64,000 nucleotides of DNA from Octopus vulgaris (GCA_951406725.2 OX597832.1:31186001-31250000), one strand, 5' to 3'; counted from the first letter of the stretch, positions 30,145 through 44,142 are shown. The notes: a model not told the origin generated them from the letters alone. Numbers and translations: made by a program.

Positions 30145-30660
30145 TAAAAAAGGTTTCTTTTTTGTGAGCAAGCAAAAACAAATAATCAACAGCCGAAGGC
30201 AACCATCAAATCTTAAGAAACGTCTAACCAAAGCAAGATTTGCATCAGGGGCAGAAATGATGCAAGTTGCCAAATGTGAAGACTCCGATGTGGGACATGT
30301 GATTTAATAGGACAGGGACCAGCCAAAAAATTCCAGAATGGAAAAGAATTGAAAGTGAATGTAAATATGAACTGTAAAAGCAAAAACCTGATGGCCACGA
30401 TGCAACGAACATTATATCGGAGAAACAAAATCGAAATTAAGCAACCGGGTGAATGTGCACAGACATCAAATAAAACATCCCGCACTTAGACCCATACCAT
30501 GTAGTGATCATTTGGACACCTGTGCACAAGGAGAACTTACAATTTTCCCTCTTTATAAAATAAATGAAGAGAGCGACCTTCTCCGGAAGAATATTTCATA
30601 TTTCTGAGTCCGAAACTATACCGGAAATAGTCAACAACAATTTTACTGAAAACAGCTTTC
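30145..30660 (+). mobile_element. Penelope-like element C-terminal Zn-finger/GIY-YIG endonuclease fragment
   Basis: Plus translation IINSRRQPSNLKKRLTKARF, KCEDS/CGTCDLI, NMNCKSKNL, HYIGETK (YIG motif), with frameshifts. Confidence 0.8.
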
Positions 30661-30680
30661 ACTATATGTAATAACACGTG

Positions 30681-31150
<470 letters not shown>

Positions 31151-31274
31151 TATTATGTTTATAAAATTTTCTATAAAATGGCCACTAAGTCAATTTAATT
31201 TATCTTTGTTGTCATCACGTGTAAAACAATGCTCTTATAATTATACATTATTTGTTGGATGAAACGCCTTCATT

Positions 31275-31725
31275 TTCTACGTCACTTCCGTTTTGAACCG
31301 GATGTTAAAGTAGGCACAGTGGGTTTTGTAAAACGTACACCAACAAATCTGCTCATTTTTTCAGAAGTTCTCAAATTGTCGAATTGAAATTCTACAAATC
31401 GAAAGGTGAAGAAGATTGTACTGCGTTTGTTCTTTTCTGAAGAGTCTGAGAGTCAAAAGGCGTAGAATGATTGCAATTTTAAAAGGGGAATCGAAGTTAC
31501 GGCCTTGCTTTGTCAAGGACATTTACCGTTTGAATTTTCATCACTGACCGCAACATTTCACTATGGTGGAATCCTTGTCTATTTATTCGTTTTAAAGATG
31601 CGACATTAACTTTCCGACTTCAAATGAAGACTGAGCGGTCTCCTTTGACGACGTCGTCACAGTGTGACGTCACTATCAGTTTGACATCACTGCAAAGGCA
31701 GTTCATGCCTGCGATATATAATTTC
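31275..31725 (+). promoter_or_regulatory. Putative promoter of the EB1-like gene (ETS-CRE, CRE palindromes, TATA-like)
   Basis: ACGTCACTTCCG 31279-31290 (ETS-CRE composite on minus), CCGGATGT 31298, palindrome TGACGACGTCGTCA 31646-31659, GTGACGTCAC 31664-31673, TGACATCA 31682, TATATAA ~31715; CpG-retaining unique sequence. Confidence 0.5.
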
Positions 31726-31807
31726 GAAAAAAGACTTCGTTCACTATTTCGATATATGTTTAAAAGTCCTATTTCGAAGTGTCGTACTGCAGAGACAGTT
31801 TAACAAA

Positions 31808-32917
31808 ATGGAGATGCAAGTTGTCACGAATACACAGTCTCAGGGGATACATAATGTTAGCAAAGAAACTCTGATTAGCTGGCTTCAGGAAACTCTTAGC
31901 CCAGAAATGAAAGACATTGGTGAGCTTGGAAGTGGAACAGAACTTTGTCTTGGAATGGAAATACTGTTCCCAGGATCACTTTCGCTAAAAAAAGTTCGAA
32001 TTGGAGGCCTGACTGATTATGATAAATATCACAATTTCAAATGCCTTCAGTGCATTTTCAATGAACTGGGAATCATCAAAAATATTCCAATGGAGAATAT
32101 GATGCGAATGACTTTCAAGGATAACTTTTATTTCGGACGATGGTTCAAGTTATTTTTTGAAGCTAATTACGTCGGCCAGCCGTATAGCATCTCTAAACTT
32201 CGTTCAAAATGCCAAGTTCGAAATGTCGTTGACATAGGAAACAAAAGCAACCGGAAGCTGGGCAGTGTACACGATCGGACAATTGGCCGCCTTAAACTAC
32301 CAATGGCATTAACAATGAAGCTGCGATCAGATATCACTGGATGCAGAAAATTCCAAATGGAAAAACGGAAGCTACATCAGAGAATTATCGAGAAATATCA
32401 AATGGACTCAAAAAGCTCGCTGTTACTTTCCAGACAACCATCTCGGAACTCTTTGATAAAACCATTACTTGAACTAAACCCATCAGAAAGTTTGAATACA
32501 ATTGACGATAACATTAAAAAGACGGTTTGTTCTCGTAGTGCATCAAAGAGTTATCAAGCTTTGCCTGGTGCTTCGCCCTCCAAAAAAGACAGGAAACGCA
32601 AAAAATGTTCTGCTTCATTTTCGGTTTCGGCAACAGAAACGCAGAGTCGCTTACCGCAGTGTGAAACGTCAAGGTCACCGACATTGAAAGACAGCACCAG
32701 AACGGCACAAACAGGTGATATGGGTATGACACCTGCTCAAAAAGGTACTCCAAGTAGTAATAATGTAATTTTCTCTCAAACACTGCTCAGTGCTCTAGAG
32801 CAGGTTAGCAAAGTACTAAATACTATTGTTAAATTTTCCGGTATAGACTATGAAAATTTGGACGCAAATAAGGCAAATACTCAACCAGTATGTCGTGTCA
32901 AAAAGAAATACGCGTGA
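31808..32917 (+). CDS. MAPRE: Intronless RP/EB family (EB1/MAPRE-like) microtubule-binding protein, divergent; probable retrogene
   Basis: Residues ~15-125 (NVSKETLISWLQETL...ELGSG...MEILFPGSLSLKKV...HNFKCLQ..F...G..KNIP......FKDNFYFGRWFKLFFEANY) align by eye with the EB1 CH domain (NLSRHDMLAW...QLCSG...MDMLFPGSIALKKV...QNFKILQ..F...FQDNFEFVQWFKKFFDANY). The 369-codon frame is non-repetitive, with AAAATGG start context and AATAAA downstream. Confidence 0.88.
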   Translation: MEMQVVTNTQSQGIHNVSKETLISWLQETLSPEMKDIGELGSGTELCLGMEILFPGSLSLKKVRIGGLTDYDKYHNFKCLQCIFNELGIIKNIPMENMMRMTFKDNFYFGRWFKLFFEANYVGQPYSISKLRSKCQVRNVVDIGNKSNRKLGSVHDRTIGRLKLPMALTMKLRSDITGCRKFQMEKRKLHQRIIEKYQMDSKSSLLLSRQPSRNSLIKPLLELNPSESLNTIDDNIKKTVCSRSASKSYQALPGASPSKKDRKRKKCSASFSVSATETQSRLPQCETSRSPTLKDSTRTAQTGDMGMTPAQKGTPSSNNVIFSQTLLSALEQVSKVLNTIVKFSGIDYENLDANKANTQPVCRVKKKYA

Positions 32918-33057
32918 GAGAGAAAGAGAGAGAGAGAGGGAAGAGAGGATGAGGAGCAAGAGATAAATTGAAAGAGTGAGAGCTGTGAGAGAGAGAAAAA
33001 GTGATCGTATCTGACAGAATCACTTGTACAATTTATAAATATATTATTTAGAGATTT

Positions 33058-33063
33058 AATAAA
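33058..33063 (+). terminator. Putative polyadenylation signal AATAAA
   Basis: ~140 bp downstream of the EB1-like stop codon. Confidence 0.5.
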
Positions 33064-33376
33064 CGATCTCTGAATTGCTGGATGTCTCCAAACACTATTT
33101 TACAATTGTAAGAAAGCAGTCAGGTCCTTGGTAGATTCCTCTCCTTTCAAACTTCACCAGTCTTGGAAGAATCATAAAAATGGTGCCTTTCCTCATTAAA
33201 ACAGAAATATCGTGGAAGTAGAGCAAAGACAGTTGCTATGGCCACAGAGGTAATAAAGGGTTTAACTTTTGCCTTTGGAATACAAGGTTTTGGAACGCTT
33301 TTTCATGTCTTTTGTCCTCTCCTTGACATCTCTCAGTTTCTCTGTCATCTCCATCAACCTCCCCTAACCTTCAATG

Positions 33377-33407
<31 letters not shown>

Positions 33408-33471
33408 GTTACATATATATTATATCATACCTTGATACTGTGTGGACTAAGATTCCTGTTGACAGGCCGCT

Positions 33472-33513
<42 letters not shown>

Positions 33514-33623
33514 ACACTTTCGGTATGCAAATTAGGGACTCCTTTATAGAATAACTGCTGCATTTGTTGAGTATATAAAACAGTTTGGTTGATTGTTTCT
33601 CTGGAGACTGTCAAAAAGATGTG

Positions 33624-33672
33624 GACGCCTCTGATGAGATCCCAACAAGGTTCGAAAATCGATTAAAGTTGC
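33624..33672 (+). ncRNA. Type-I hammerhead-like motif in a (TA)n-flanked insert (~33510-33735)
   Basis: CTGATGA-GATCC-CAACAA-GGTTC-GAAA-ATCGAT-TA^; stem II 4/5 paired, palindromic stem III AATCGATT, weak stem I. Confidence 0.6.
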
Positions 33673-33754
33673 ACATCATTTTTTTCAGTTTGCGGAGAAA
33701 TGGCTAAAATTTGCCCTGTTTATAATTATACCATAACTTTTATATATATTTATG

Positions 33755-33866
<112 letters not shown>

Positions 33867-33908
33867 TGTATGTATGTATGTATGTATGTATGTATGTATG
33901 TATGTATG

Positions 33909-33954
<46 letters not shown>

Positions 33955-35554
33955 CACAATGTATGTGTAGGTGTGCATGTGTTGAGGCGTTTAGTGCTTA
34001 AGGCGTTGCATTCATGATTGCAAGATTGTGGTTTCGATATCTGGGCCGGGCGATGAGCTAAGTTCTTGAGGAAAAGAATGCATTTCTTGTAACACAACTC
34101 GGCTAGCTAAAATGAGCAATCTTGGGACGGACCGGATCCTATCCTGGGAAGGGTGGAATATATACGTCACAGAAACTGGGAAACCTGTTTTATGAGCCCT
34201 TGGCCCAGAAGGTCCTTTGATCCTTTATATACATATCTATATCTATCTATCTGTCTGTCTGTGTGTATGTGTGTCCGCACACTCGTGTTTCCTAGACACT
34301 GATCGCTTTCCTTACTATTCTCATATTTGCCAGTTCTCGTCCTTCATGCGCTCTGCAGTCCTTCGCAGACTTCTCCTCCGCTCGTTCCTCTCATATCATA
34401 GCTTCTTACTGGGCCAGTATTTCTGTAACCCCCCCTCATCCCCAGAAGATCATCAAATATCTTCTTTCCTGCTATGTCTTCTCTAGATTCTTTTTCCTTT
34501 ACTTTCCAGATGTCTTTAAGTGTCCAGTGTCTTTTCTTCCTATTTGATGTCCAGTGGACTTAACCTGTTGTCTCCTTGTGTTGTTAAAAAAAGTCGTTGG
34601 TTTTAAGTTCTTAAGAAACATCGTTGCATCGCATGGGAGAACATGAAAGAAATGAAAAGGAGTGGACAGGCCAAAGATGCGATCAAACATCTCCTGTCAA
34701 ATAAAGATCTAGCAGTGGGCCAAACGCAGACTTCTTAGGAGTTCATGTATGGAACCCATCTCCACACATGGCTGGCTGGCTGGCTTGCTGGCTGGCTGAT
34801 ACAGGACATCAACTTATAAGTGAAAAAGCTTATTGATGATGCTTAGACGTGGTTCTCTGGGCGACTTCTGAAGTATCTTATACAGGGTGGTGAGCAGAGA
34901 CCATAAGAATCTTACCAAACTTCCAGAATATTCCTTTTTAGCTTCTCACGTCTCTTGCTTCCTCCACCTTCTCTACAAATCTCACATAAAATTCTCTTTT
35001 ATCCCAGCATCTCTATAAATCTCACCTGACTTGTATTCATTTCTCGCTTCCTTCATCATTTCCACTGTTCTCAATGAGAGTATATGAGAGTTCTAATTCA
35101 AAGACAATTTTGGGGGTTACCATTTTTTCTTTACTTAAAGCTACACTACTTTTTCCCTATCTTTTTTAACAAGGTTTTTACCAAAAGATTTTTCTCAATT
35201 GGCACCTTCTTTTAGACCCAATTAATCTTTATTTCCCTCTTAAAATAACCAATTTAGTTTGATTATTCAAAGCCAATTCTTCGCTTTATTCTTCCATTTT
35301 TGATCCAACTTTTTCCTATTGAACCAAATTTCAATTATTTTATCTTCAAATGTACCATCATTGCTAGAAAAGAATTGTATTCAATTTGGTTAAGAACTGA
35401 ATCAGTGATGCAACCTAGCAGTGCTAGAAGCTGACCTTAAGAATATTTTCAACCAATGCCCTGGCTGAATATATTCTGTATGTGGCCACTTGCTTTATCG
35501 GTATACTATCCACCAACCCGTGTCTTTTATGAGTATTCCTCTTCTTTCTTTGTC

Positions 35555-35599
<45 letters not shown>

Positions 35600-35863
35600 T
35601 CATACACACACATTGCCCCCTTCCCCAAAAGGTCCACTTTGATTAAAACTTTCTAGAAAAGTCTCTAATGATCCTCAAAAACTTTCATTTGTTCTCTCCT
35701 TCTCTCGCCATTCCTTCTTCCTCCTTTGCCCCCTCTCTCTCTCTTTTCTTCATCATCTCTGATATTGCATCAGTTATTCTGTGTATATCTCCAAGAATAT
35801 ATATGTATATATATATACATACATACATGCATACATACATACATACATACATACATACATACA

Positions 35864-35948
<85 letters not shown>

Positions 35949-35959
35949 TATATAGAAGG

Positions 35960-36010
35960 AGCTTCTACAGGACTAGAACTGTTTCATTCAAGAGAAATCA
36001 TCAGGAAGCT
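35960..36010 (-). ncRNA. Apparently intact type-I hammerhead ribozyme
   Basis: Minus strand: AGCTTC-CTGATGA-TTTC-TCTT-GAAT-GAAA-CAG-TTCTAGTC-CTG-TA^GAAGCT. It has a perfect 6-bp stem I, canonical core, 3-bp stem II, 4-bp stem III and a GUA cleavage triplet; (TA)n lies just downstream on that strand. Confidence 0.8.
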
Positions 36011-36275
36011 AGTTAACAAGAATTGTTTTGGCATTTATACATTTAGGCAGGTTTAAAGGGGTGGTGGTGGGGGACTTTTTGGGGGTAGGCATAGCGCAAA
36101 AATATCATACTTAGGGGAGTGGTCAAGGAGTCAGTGGTAAATTAAATAAAAGAATAAATAAAAGAATAAAAAAATAAATAGAAGAATAGAGTTTTAGGTA
36201 AATAAGGAGATTCTCACTTATACATATACACATATGTATATATATACACACACACACACACATATACATACACAC

Positions 36276-36346
<71 letters not shown>

Positions 36347-36437
36347 CATGTATATATACACACACGCCCACACATACATATACACACACACACATACATA
36401 CACACATATATACATACACACATGCACACACATGTCC

Positions 36438-36483
<46 letters not shown>

Positions 36484-37054
36484 GTGTACCTATACATACC
36501 TACACATACACACATATACATACACATACAAACCCATTCCCTTATTTTAATTTTATTATTATTTTCATTTATTACTTTTGTTATCTTTGACCGCGGTCAC
36601 AAGCATCTTGGCTATCGTCCCCCTGGGGACGACAGCAAGTCCATTTATCTTTCTACTCGAACACAAGCACTCACTCGCGCACGCACACTCATTCGCACGC
36701 ACACACACTCATTCGTACACTCATACACATACACGCACGCACGCGTTATATTCATACATACATACATCTACATGCATTCACATATATACACATACGTACG
36801 CGTACCTACAGATTCATGTCTACACGCTTACACATACATACCTCAATACACCCACAGAAGACTAGTCCATACATATACACCAATAAATATATATACACAT
36901 ATACATATACACCTACATACAAATACATACACATACACATACATATATACGTATATATACATACATATACATACACCTATTCATACATACATATATACAC
37001 ATACACACACCCACACGTATACATATACATATATATACACACATACACACACAT

Positions 37055-37143
<89 letters not shown>

Positions 37144-37575
37144 TACACATATACATGCGTACACATACACACACACACACACGCGCATCCATATATACAC
37201 ATAAGTACACACATGCGTAAAAGTATACATATATCTATACATATGCTTACACATACATACACACACACGCGCCTCCTTATGTTCATATACTAACATGCAT
37301 ACTCAAAAAATAAATAATAAAATATATATACGTGCAGTTATTCATATACATACATGCATACTCCAAAAATAAATAATAAATATTAAGTATATATACGTGC
37401 AGTTACCTATTATACAGACGGATACATACATATAAACTTACACATATATATACCTATTTACACATATGTATATATACATACATACATAACTCTACGTACC
37501 TACATATACATAAACACACGAGCGTACACGTATATGTACATATACACATACACATACACATACATATACATATAT

Positions 37576-37622
<47 letters not shown>

Positions 37623-38260
37623 TATATGCACACATATATATATATACACACACACATGCACACACACACATATATGCATTTCTGTGCATATGAGTAAACG
37701 TAAATGTTTTTTTAAAATAAAATTACGCTTCATATTTGAGGCTCCGATGAAGCTTTAATTTGTTACTCAGGAATTAAATTTTGAGTCCATTGCCCCCATA
37801 TGCTGAAACAACTGTAAGCTAATGAACTTCAAAAGATAATCGTTTATTCTGTTGTCATTTTTTTTTCTTTTTCCGCTCTGTACTCGACTAATGCTTCGTT
37901 GAGAAGCATACATGTATTGAGTTCTACAGTAACACTGTGCCGAAGCAATCGATATATGTATGTATATGCCTATGTTGTGATAATAAACTAACTCTAGGTT
38001 CAAAAAATGCCAAGAAGTATCACAAGACGGATGTTGAGACGTGGATAATCAAAGGGAGAAAGAGACAAAAAGAGATTAATCGATATAAGTTGGGTCTGCT
38101 TAATACCTGTGACTGGTCCCTCAATACTTTTCTGGGAAATCACAGCTCTGCATCCATGCTTTTCCCTGACTTTTATTTCATATTCTATATCTTGCTAAAC
38201 AATAACAGGAACACCGACACGCGGAAGCGCGTCTCTTTGTACATATGATTTATTAGTCGA

Positions 38261-38339
<79 letters not shown>

Positions 38340-38437
38340 GTTTATGTATATTTATATGTATATGTGTATGTGTCTGTGGTATTCAACTGAATTGGATGTT
38401 TTACATCCATCTGAAGGAATTGTTTTTCCTTCGTTTG

Positions 38438-38516
<79 letters not shown>

Positions 38517-38542
38517 TATATATATATTATATATATGTATAT

Positions 38543-38613
<71 letters not shown>

Positions 38614-38656
38614 GCTGGAGGATGTATGTATGTATATATGCATGTATGCATGCATG

Positions 38657-38687
<31 letters not shown>

Positions 38688-39051
38688 AATGTTAACAGAA
38701 TAAAAGAATGCAAGTTATGCGTAACCGAAAGATCGCCTATCCTCTCCAGATCTAAGACTTCCACTGCACTTCTGAATTCCAGATCAGAAATTTTCAGCAA
38801 ATACAAACATATGGACAAGTTTCTTTTGGTGAATTGGAGGACAGCATCTTCTCCAGACTGAGCAGCTGTATTGTAGACTTTAAACCTCTTCCGATGACTC
38901 TACACCATTAAAGCTATACGTGCAAAAGAGACACAACTTGTTCTTGCTTTTCTGGGTTTCTTTTTTCACCATTCCACCTTTTTGAACTCACCTTCATCTC
39001 GTTTGTTTCTCGTGATTTCTATTGTTCTTTTGTCCTGGTTTTTAACTTGTA

Positions 39052-39133
39052 TAATCCTTGTGCTCAGAGCTTGAAGATTACTTGGGGACACTAATCCTTG
39101 TGCTCAGAGCTTGAAGATTACTTGGGGACACTA
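39052..39133. repeat. Perfect 40-bp tandem duplication
   Basis: TAATCCTTGTGCTCAGAGCTTGAAGATTACTTGGGGACAC x2. Confidence 0.95.
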
Positions 39134-40397
39134 GACATTCTTTGAAATCCACCTAGATAATATCTTCAGTGTATGAAACTATTAGTAGTTCATAACTATA
39201 GACTGTGTACATTAAACAATATATATTTATATATGTGTATGTATGTCTGTGTGTCTGTGTGTATGGATATGCTAACTACATTGTTTTGATGAATTGTAAA
39301 GGTCAATATAAATGTCCCGTTGTTTTTTTTTTTATTTTGTTTTATTCTGATCGCAGGTTTTATGTTTTTTTTAAATGTGTCTTATTATTTGTGTATTACA
39401 TTTTATATGATTTTCTTTTATTTTTTATTCTTGTTTACTTTATTTTTATCCTTGTTTACTTTATTTTATTGTTTATATGAGAAGAATTTTTTCATTATGT
39501 CTCAGTTCCTTATGGTGCCGGATATACTATTCCAAGCAAAACTTCTTGTTATAGAAATAAGCGAAAGGACAAATAAAAAAACGAGGTACTTTTTGAAAAG
39601 TGACCGAAGAGACGCATTTGCACGTATGATGTATGAAAATTAATTGTACAGCATCTCGCCAGCAAGTACTGCGTCGAAACGATCGTAGTGGACCCGAATA
39701 AAGTCTCGTGAATTCCAGTTTCTGTCTCTCATATTTTTTACTATAAACTCTACGGACACACAGGAATTCCTCAAGCAAATCCAGTGGCATATACCTACAC
39801 ACTGTTGTTGACATCAGGTAGCCAAATACTGAGGATGGGCTTTAAACAGCATACTACAAGGTTTATACCCCGAATATGAAATTATTACTGTGTGCCTGTG
39901 TGCGTATTGCAACTTCCGAAATATTCTTTTTAAAATAGGAACTACAGATTGGATAATCTAATCCCTGATATACAGAAAGGCAATATGGTCACGGCTGGAA
40001 ATTTATTTCATAATTTTGCAATACCAACAATCTACCAAGAAATTACGTTAGAGTAATCGAGAATTACGTTAAAATTTGCTTTTGTCAATGCATCTATGCA
40101 TTAAATAAATCAGAAAAAAGAGATTTCCCACAAGTCTTTCTAAGTACATTCGATTTGTTCAAGAATTCGGTGGCTGTGAACATGTAATAACCAATTTATG
40201 GCCGCACTATTTCATACGTACATGGGTGTTGTTGGTTGAAATCTACGTTGTAAGTTTATGTTCAAGCGGAAATTTCTTCGTATTATTTCAAGGAGTTTTC
40301 GCATCAAGCAAACGACCACGGACGTTAGACTACTGTAAACGCTCCTCAAAATATTTACTATGCTGTTATTTAGACATAATTGTTGATTAGGACCACA

Positions 40398-40469
<72 letters not shown>

Positions 40470-40539
40470 TTTAATAAAATGAAGTAGCATGAAATGATCG
40501 TACCACGTTACCTCGGATATACTTGTTGCTTATTTTGAT

Positions 40540-40618
<79 letters not shown>

Positions 40619-41084
40619 TCAGAAATTCAATACTCAGAATATACAGGATTATGGGAACGTTGTCCCCGCTAATTTCAAGCATCAAAATTCCTTCACTTAA
40701 TTTCTTTGTATTCTTAGATTCTTTCACACACTCAATCATCAACAATTTTCATCTTTTTCATAAATTCATACATTTTTTCATAAACACTTTTACATGCTTG
40801 GGTGAAAATTATGTTGTTGTTTTTTTCTTTGTTTTTTTTTATCTGATTAATCTCTGCGACTCTCGATGTATTGTTCAACATTTCAGTTCTTTGAACAACC
40901 TTCCTACCGTCGTTCAGTAAGATTCCTTCATTTCATATTATCCAATGAAGGTTCATAAGATATTCAAACTTTTTCACAATTATACTTATTCATATAGCAA
41001 ACTTTGTCACGTTTTCAACTTATGTACATACATATACACATAGACATATATGTATATGTATGCATGTGTGTGTATATATATATG

Positions 41085-41168
<84 letters not shown>

Positions 41169-41170
<2 letters not shown>

Positions 41171-41266
41171 CTCCTTCTTCCCTTCTTTCCTGAGCGTCCA
41201 ATAATACTTTATTTGTTCCACATCCTTGCGTTGTTGTCTTTTTTTGTTTTCTTGTTTGGATTAACT
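41169..41266 (+). mobile_element. Short (TA)n-flanked element resembling the post-hammerhead tail of the 13101/45601 family
   Basis: TTCCTGAGCGTCCAATAATAC..TTGTTC..AACT+(TA)n resembles TTCCCAGCGTCAAACTA (45646) and CAAACTAATAC..TTGTTC..CAACT+(TA)n (13223-13292). Confidence 0.45.
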
Positions 41267-41309
41267 TTATATATATATATACATGCATGTATGTAAGTAT
41301 GTATGTATG

Positions 41310-41555
41310 TGGGCAAATCCAACGAAGGCCTCAAAAGATCTGTGCACCTCTCTATCTGTGTTTGTCCCCACAACCACTTGTTAACCGGTGTTAGTGTAGT
41401 GACGTCCCCATAACTTGGGGTTCGGCAAAAGACATCTATAGAATAAATAGTAAGCTTAACTAAATAGGCACTGGGGTCGATTCGTTCGACTAAAATTCTT
41501 CAAGGCCTTTGCCCCAGCATGGCCACAGTCTAATGAGTGAAGCAAGTTAAAAATA
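41310..41555 (+). mobile_element. SINE family B, 3' part
   Basis: AACCGGTGTT..GTCGATTCGTTCGACTAAAA..GCCCCAGCATGGCCACAGTCTAATGA matches 4398-4535. Confidence 0.8.
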
Positions 41556-42644
41556 GATTCCGGTTTTAAAACGTCGGAAACATTGAATCCGAAACCTACG
41601 TTAAAAAAAAAGAGTATTAATTATAGCGAGTCTAAAATATCGAAGACATTACTATTGTTACAATTAAACGAACAGATTTAAGTTAATGAATTAACAGTAT
41701 TAATAATTAGTGCAACTCTAATTGCAACAAAGCATCTACGTCAATTTACTCAGCCTGATATCAGAGTTTTATCTTATGATAATCAAATTTTGGCTGCAGA
41801 AAAAGAATTAGTTTTCGTTAAAAATTGCACTTCAATCGAATCTCATTTCAAAAGAAACATGCATGCAATAATGTCATCGATTTCTTTCGATGATCATCTT
41901 TTAAGTAAATAAGAACGATGCTAATTCTTTTGATGTAGACTCTGCAGAATTTTGCAAGTTCATTGGTTTTTACATTTTTTTTTATATTTCCTATGTAAGT
42001 TTAACATTTTCAGTGTGGCTTAGATCTTAGTTTAATTATGTTTATTCTGTATTTTTTTCGTTCACATAGTACATCTTTAGATCAGGATAGTACATATTTA
42101 GATCAGGCAGTCCACCTGGTAATCCTAGCTAATAATTTTGTTTAAAAGAGTGTGCTTGACTGAAAATCTTTTTAAATAATGATCGAATCATTATCAGCAT
42201 CCATTCCAGAAAGTCAGAAAGATCTTTAGACACGTCTGTCGTAGTGCATCTGATCTTTAAGAAATACTATATATATAAAAAAAAAACTTATTCGGAAGAT
42301 ATTAGAACCTGTTAAATCTTACAACCAGGATAACGATAGCTGTGATCTTTGCATGTTAGAGAAAAATAATATATGGTTTCATCAGCATTCTACTTTAAGT
42401 AATCGTTCAGAGCTATCATTTGTTGTTATAATTGAAACAGTTGTTTTGAAATATATTAAGAAACTTAATAATTGTGAGTCCGTAGAAATGGACTTTAAAT
42501 GTGTCGAAACTGCGCCTTTAGTCTGGTCTCCATGGCTGACGAGGACATTTACGCGTTAGTTATCCCGTTAATCGTTAATCTTTTTCATGTGCCGGTTTGA
42601 TTTTTTCAGATACATACATCTAGATATAGATTTCATATCTATTT

Positions 42645-42771
<127 letters not shown>

Positions 42772-43826
42772 CCAGTCTGTCTGTCTGTCTATCTACCTAC
42801 CTACCTACCCATCTGTCTATTATTATTAAACGTTCGCATCAGATTTTCTTTAGTAAGATGCATATAGAACTGGATGAAATAGGGCAGCGGAGTGTGTGTG
42901 TGCATGAGTGTGTTGAAAAAGAGGAGAGGCAGAGAGAAAAAGGAGAGAGACAGAGAGAGAAAAGGGAGAGAGAGAAACAGAGAGGTTCACTAATGACCCA
43001 GGTCACCAGAAGAAATTGAGCTCAATACTTACAAACGAACAGAAACACATGTCAAGCATGTGCTGCTCCCACTGCCTACGTCTGTCCCGAAAATCCCGAA
43101 CTGCGCCATTTCATTAGTGATATTGGCGACGAACCAACGTGGGTCACTTAATATCGTCGCTCGACCTGCTAAAAATAGCAACCAAATTTCCTTCAACCCA
43201 CATTTTACCACCATGAAAATGAAAGACACATTGGGAAATGTAGATGTCTGTGTGTGCGTGCGTGCGTGTGTGTGTGCATGAGTGTGTGTGTGTATGCGGG
43301 CGTGTGTGTATGCGGGCGTGTCTCCGTGTGATGAGGTGCATGCGTAACTTCCTGACAATAAGCAATGATCGATAAGATAAATGCTTGAGTCGATATGATG
43401 GTCTTAAGCTATAAACAAATCCCTTAAATGCGGTGCTGCAGCCTGGCCACAGTCCCTATGACTGAAACCAGTAATAGCATTAGAAGAGTAAAAAGAATAT
43501 ATGAAACGTTGTTGGAGAAAGATCGCTTGTCAACGGTATGGACCTCTCTTTCCAGGTGTGCTAAAGCAGTTGACCTTTCATGACATTCCTGACCTCTGAC
43601 CTGTTCAACTTCAAGACGACGGGAACGAAGCATTCTAACTGGCCAACAGATCAACCAAACGATCGCATCATTGAAATAAAGCGAGTATCCTGGATCTTTC
43701 AAGTGCTTTCTCTATTTCTTCTCTTCTCTTTCTGTTTCTCTGTGTTCATGTGTGTATATGTGTGTGTCTCCAGTTTTGCTGCCAGTGTATCTAGTTCTCT
43801 GTGCGTGTGCAACGTTCGAGTAGTTC

Positions 43827-43894
<68 letters not shown>

Positions 43895-44142
43895 TCAAAC
43901 CAAATACCAATATTTTGAAATCATTTAGTACGTACATTTCAGATTTGCGTAATATGTAATAGAAAATGCATCCATTACGTAAACCTTCCTCAGTTAAAGC
44001 GTTTGCTGGTTTGGAGTAGTTTGTCATATTTGACTCGAGTCGAAAATTCTGGAACCGTGCATCGCTTCTTAGCGTAACACGAAATATATATGTACACACA
44101 CACACACACACACGCACACACACACACACACACACACACGCA

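Noticed and set aside
38690-39200. Possible further R4-type LINE fragment (IGRGLKS on minus)
   Set aside because: Only one short motif is recognisable, which is not enough to call.
39527-39814. 95-aa non-repetitive minus ORF
   Set aside because: No recognisable homology or convincing splice sites.
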